Source: Balanoglossus misakiensis (lineage: Eukaryota; Animalia; Hemichordata). From it: DNA of 64,000 nt. Every line of letters starts with the position of its first letter. Position 1 is the first letter of the stretch. A program made the position numbers and the translations under genes. The DNA lies in assembly GCA_040954595.2 (NCBI GenBank), contig CM082589.2, positions 10,366,894-10,430,893 on the forward strand, given 5' to 3'. Below are positions 59,288 to 64,000 of the stretch, in pieces. The notes beneath the pieces are model-generated. The model ran no database searches. It was not told the DNA's origin and was given only the letters and a program-made list of their open reading frames with translations.

Positions 59288-62200
59288 TGGAAGCAACCAC
59301 GGAAATTTTAGAACTATCCGTCGATCTACAGAGTATAGTGGAAAACGTTCATATGCGCATAGGCCTATCAATGTGTTCTGCGCATCACAAAAGATTTTTG
59401 TAAACAAACGAGGATGTGTTTGGAAGCAACCATGGAAATTTTAGAACTATCCGTCGATCTACGGAGTCTAGTGGAAAACTTTCCAATGCGCATAGGCCTA
59501 TCTATGTGTTCTGCGCATCACAACAGAATTTTGTAAACAAACGAGGATGTGTTTGGAAGCAACCATGGAAATTTTAGAACTATCCGTCGATATACAGAGT
59601 CTAGTGGAAAACGTTCATATGCGCATAGGCCTATCTATGTGTTCTGCGCATCACAACAGATTTTTGTAAACAAACGAGGATGTGTTTGGAAGCAACCATG
59701 GAAATTTTAGAACTATCCGTCGATCTACGGAGTCTAGTGGAAAACTTTCCAATGCGCATAGGCCTATCTATGTGTTCTGCGCATCACAACAGAATTTTGT
59801 AAACAAACGAGGATGTGTTTGGAAGCAACCATGGAAATTTTAGAACTATCCGTCGATATACAGAGTCTAGTGGAAAACGTTCTTATGCGCATAGGCCTCT
59901 CTATGTGTTCTGCGCATCACAACAGAATTTTGTAAACACACGATGCTTTGTTTGGAAGCAACCATGGAAATTTTAGAACTATCCGTCGATCTACGGAGTC
60001 TAGTGGAAAAATTTCTTATGCGCATAGGCATATGTATGTGTTCTACGCATCACAACATAATTCTGTAAATAAACGAGGCTGTTTGGAAACAACCATGGAC
60101 ATTTTACAACTGTCCGTCGATCTACAGAGTCTGGTGGAAAAGTTTCTTATGCGCATAGGCCTATTACGTGTTCTGCGCCTCACAACAGAATTCGGTAAAT
60201 AAACGAGGCTGTTTGGAAGCAACCATGGAAATTTTAGAACTATCCGTCGATCTACGGAGTCTAGTGGAAAACTTTCCAATGCGCATAGGCCTATCTATGT
60301 GTTCTGCGCATCACAACAGAATTTTGTAAACAAACGAGGATGTGTTTGGAAGCAACCATGGAAATTTTAGAACTATCCGTCGATCTACGGAGTCTAGTGG
60401 AAACATTTCCAATGCGCATAGGCCTATCTATGTGTTCTGCGCATCACAACAGAATTTTGTAAACAAACGAGGATGTGTTTGGAAGCAACCATGGAAATTT
60501 TAGAACTATCCGTCGATATACAGAGTCTAGTGGAAAACGTTCTTATGCGCATAGGCCTCTCTATGTGTTCTGCGCATCACAACAGAATTTTGTAAACAAA
60601 CGATGCTTTGTTTGGAAGCAACCATGGAAATTTTAGAACTATCCGTCGATCTACGGAGTCTAGTGGAAAAATTTCTTATGCGCATAGGCATATGTATGTG
60701 TTCTACGCATCACAACATAATTCGGTAAATAAACGAGGCTGTTTGGAAACAACCATGGAAATTTTACAACTGTCCGTCGATCTACAGAGTCTGGTGGAAA
60801 AGTTTCTTATGCGCATAGGCCTATTACGTGTTCTGCGCCTCACAACAGAATTCGGTAAATAAACGAGGCTGTTTGGAAGCAACCATGGAAATTTTAGAAC
60901 TATCCGTCGATCTACAGAGTCTAGTGGAAAACGTTCTTATGCGCATAGGCCTATCTATGTATTATGCGCATCACAACAGAATTTTGTAAACAAACGAGGA
61001 TGTGTTTGGAAGCAACCATGGAAATTTTAGAACTATCCGTCGATATACAGAGTCTAGTGGAAAACGTTCTTATGCGCATAGGCCTCTCTATGTGTTCTGC
61101 GCATCACAACAGAATTTTGTAAACAAACGATGCTTTGTTTGGAAGCAACCATGGAAATTTTAGAACTATCCGTCGATCTACGGAGTCTAGTGGAAAAATT
61201 TCTTATGCGCATAGGCATATGTATGTGTTCTACGCATCACAACATAATTCTGTAAATAAACGAGGCTGTTTGGAAACAACCATGGACATTTTACAACTGT
61301 CCGTCGATCTACAGAGTCTGGTGGAAAAGTTTCTTATGCGCATAGGCCTATTACGTGTTCTGCGCCTCACAACAGAATTCGGTAAATAAACGAGGCTGTT
61401 TGGAAGCAACCATGGAAATTTTAGAACTATCCGTCGATCTACGGAGTCTAGTGGAAAACTTTCCAATGCGCATAGGCCTATCTATGTGTTCTGCGCATCA
61501 CAACAGAATTTTGTAAACAAACGAGGATGTGTTTGGAAGCAACCATGGAAATTTTAGAACTATCCGTCGATCTACGGAGTCTAGTGGAAACATTTCCAAT
61601 GCGCATAGGCCTATCTATGTGTTCTGCGCATCACAACAGAATTTTGTAAACAAACGAGGATGTGTTTGGAAGCAACCATGGAAATTTTAGAACTATCCGT
61701 CGATATACAGAGTCTAGTGGAAAACGTTCTTATGCGCATAGGCCTCTCTATGTGTTCTGCGCATCACAACAGAATTTTGTAAACAAACGATGCTTTGTTT
61801 GGAAGCAACCATGGAAATTTTAGAACTATCCGTCGATCTACGGAGTCTAGTGGAAAAATTTCTTATGCGCATAGGCATATGTATGTGTTCTACGCATCAC
61901 AACATAATTCGGTAAATAAACGAGGCTGTTTGGAAACAACCATGGAAATTTTACAACTGTCCGTCGATCTACAGAGTCTGGTGGAAAAGTTTCTTATGCG
62001 CATAGGCCTATTACGTGTTCTGCGCCTCACAACAGAATTCGGTAAATAAACGAGGCTGTTTGGAAGCAACCATGGAAATTTTAGAACTATCCGTCGATCT
62101 ACAGAGTCTAGTGGAAAACGTTCTTATGCGCATAGGCCTATCTATGTATTATGCGCATCACAACAGAATTTTGTAAACAAACGAGGATGTGTTTGGAAGC

Positions 62201-64000
62201 AACCATGGAAATTTTAGAACTATCCGTCGATATACAGAGTCTAGTGGAAAACGTTCTTATGCGCATAGGCCTCTCTATGTGTTCTGCGCATCACAACAGA
62301 ATTTTGTAAACAAACGATGCTTTGTTTGGAAGCAACCATGGAAATTTTAGAACTATCCGTCGATCTACGGAGTCTAGTGGAAAAATTTCTTATGCGCATA
62401 GGCATATGTATGTGTTCTACGCATCACAACAGAATTCGGTAAATAAACGAGGCTGTTTGGAAACAACCATGGAAATTTTACAACTATCCGTCGATCTACA
62501 GAGTCTGGTGGAAAAGTTTCTGATGCGCATAGGCCTATTACGTGTTCTGCGCCTCACAACAGAATTCGGTAAATAAACGAGGCTGTTTGGAAGCAACCAT
62601 GGAAATTTTAGAACTATCCGTCGATCTACAGAGTCTAGTGGAAAACGTTCTTATGCGCATAGGCCTATCTAAATAAACGAGGCTGTATTTGGAAGCAACA
62701 AAGTAAATTTTACAACTATACGTCGATCTACGGAGTCTAGTGGAAAAATTTCTTATGCGCATAGGCATATGTATGTGTTCTGCGTCTCACAACAGAATTC
62801 GGTAAATAAACGAGGCTGTTTGGAAGCAACCATGGAAATTTTAGAACTATCCGTCGATCTACGGAGTATAGTGGAAAACGTTCATATGCACATAGGCCTA
62901 TCTATGTGTTCTGCGCATCACAACAGATTTTTGTAAACAAACGAGGATGTGTTTGGAAGCAACCATGGAAATTTTAGAACTATCCGTCCATCTACGGAGT
63001 CTAGTGGAAAACTTTCCGATGCGCATAGGCCTATCTATGTGTTCTGCGCATCACAACAGAATTTTGTAAACAAACGAGGATGTGTTTGGAAGCAACCATG
63101 GAAATTTTAGAACTATCCGTCGATCTACAGAGTCTAGTGGAAAACGTTCTTATGCGCATAGGCCTCTCTATTTGTTCTGCGCATCACAACAGAATTTTGT
63201 ATACAAACGATGCTTTGTTTGGAAGCAACCATGGAAATTTTAGAACTATCCGTCGATCTACGGAGTCTAGTGGAAAAATTTCTTATGCGCATAGGCATAT
63301 GTATGTGTTCTACGCATCACAACAGAATTCGGTATATAAACGAGGCTGTTTGGAAACAACCATGGAAATTTTACAACTGTCTGTCGATCTACAGAGTCTG
63401 GTGGAAAAGTTTCTTATGCGCATAGGCCTATTACGTGTTCTGCGCCTCACAAGAGAATTCGGTAAATAAACGAGGCTGTTTGGAAGCAACCATGGAAATT
63501 TTAGAACTATCCGTCGATCTACAGAGTCTAGTGGAAAACGTTCTTATGCGCATAGGACTATCTATGTATTATGCGCATCACAACAGAATTTTGTAAACAA
63601 ACGAGGATGTGTTTGGAAGCAACCATGGAAATTTTAGAACTATCCGTCGATATACAGAGTCTAGTGGAAAACGTTCATATGCGCATAGGCCTCTCTATAT
63701 GTTCTGCGCATCACAACAGAATTTTGTAAACAAACGATGCTTTGTTTGGAAGCAACCATGGAAATTTTAGAACTATCCGTCGATCTACGGAGTCTAGTGG
63801 AAAAATTTCTTATGCGCATAGGCATATGTATGTGTTCTACGCATCACAACAGAATTCGGTAAATAAACGAGGCTGTTTGGAAACAACCATGGAAATTTTA
63901 CAACTATCCGTCGATCTACAGAGTCTGGTGGAAAAGTCTCTTATGCGCATAGGCCTATTACGTGTTCTGCGCCTCACAACAGAATTCGGTAAATAAACGA
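59288..64000. repeat. 130-133-bp satellite with 5-mer/4-mer (660/527 bp, 1187-bp) higher-order structure; runs off the window
   Basis: gtttggaagcaaccatggaaattttagaactatccgtcgat recurs at 59418, 59551 and 59684. A variant monomer recurs at 59948, 60608, 61135, 61795 and 62322. Confidence 0.97.

Noticed and set aside
59288-64000. CRISPR-like array or repeated 84-aa ORFs
   Set aside because: There are no unique spacers and no cas genes; whole monomers repeat, so this is a satellite.

Overview
This is eukaryotic (metazoan-like) repeat-rich DNA with no recognisable host gene. From left to right it holds: an intact Gypsy/Ty3 LTR retrotransposon (PNMA-like Gag, -1 frameshift pol, 3' LTR 6690-7331) nested in the first of three head-to-tail Ngaro-type tyrosine-recombinase (YR) retrotransposon units (7332-22055). 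The array's right end joins a 78-bp satellite, and that satellite is cleanly interrupted by a ~16.5-kb Helentron (24523-41027). The Helentron encodes a 2.5-kaa tegument-like deubiquitinase/Rep/PIF1/APE protein and a spliced RPA70-like gene carrying a nonsense codon. Further right is a zone of fragments (a matching non-autonomous HINE, hairpin elements, a Gypsy integrase piece, a second decayed Ngaro family, an L1/Tx1 3' end), followed by a 130-133-bp satellite with higher-order structure. The most notable inference is that both Ngaro families have a phase-1 splice donor at a homologous Gag glycine and a phase-1 acceptor just before an ATG-less YR frame, which predicts a spliced Gag(N)-recombinase fusion protein. 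All calls come from reading motifs by eye; no searches were run.
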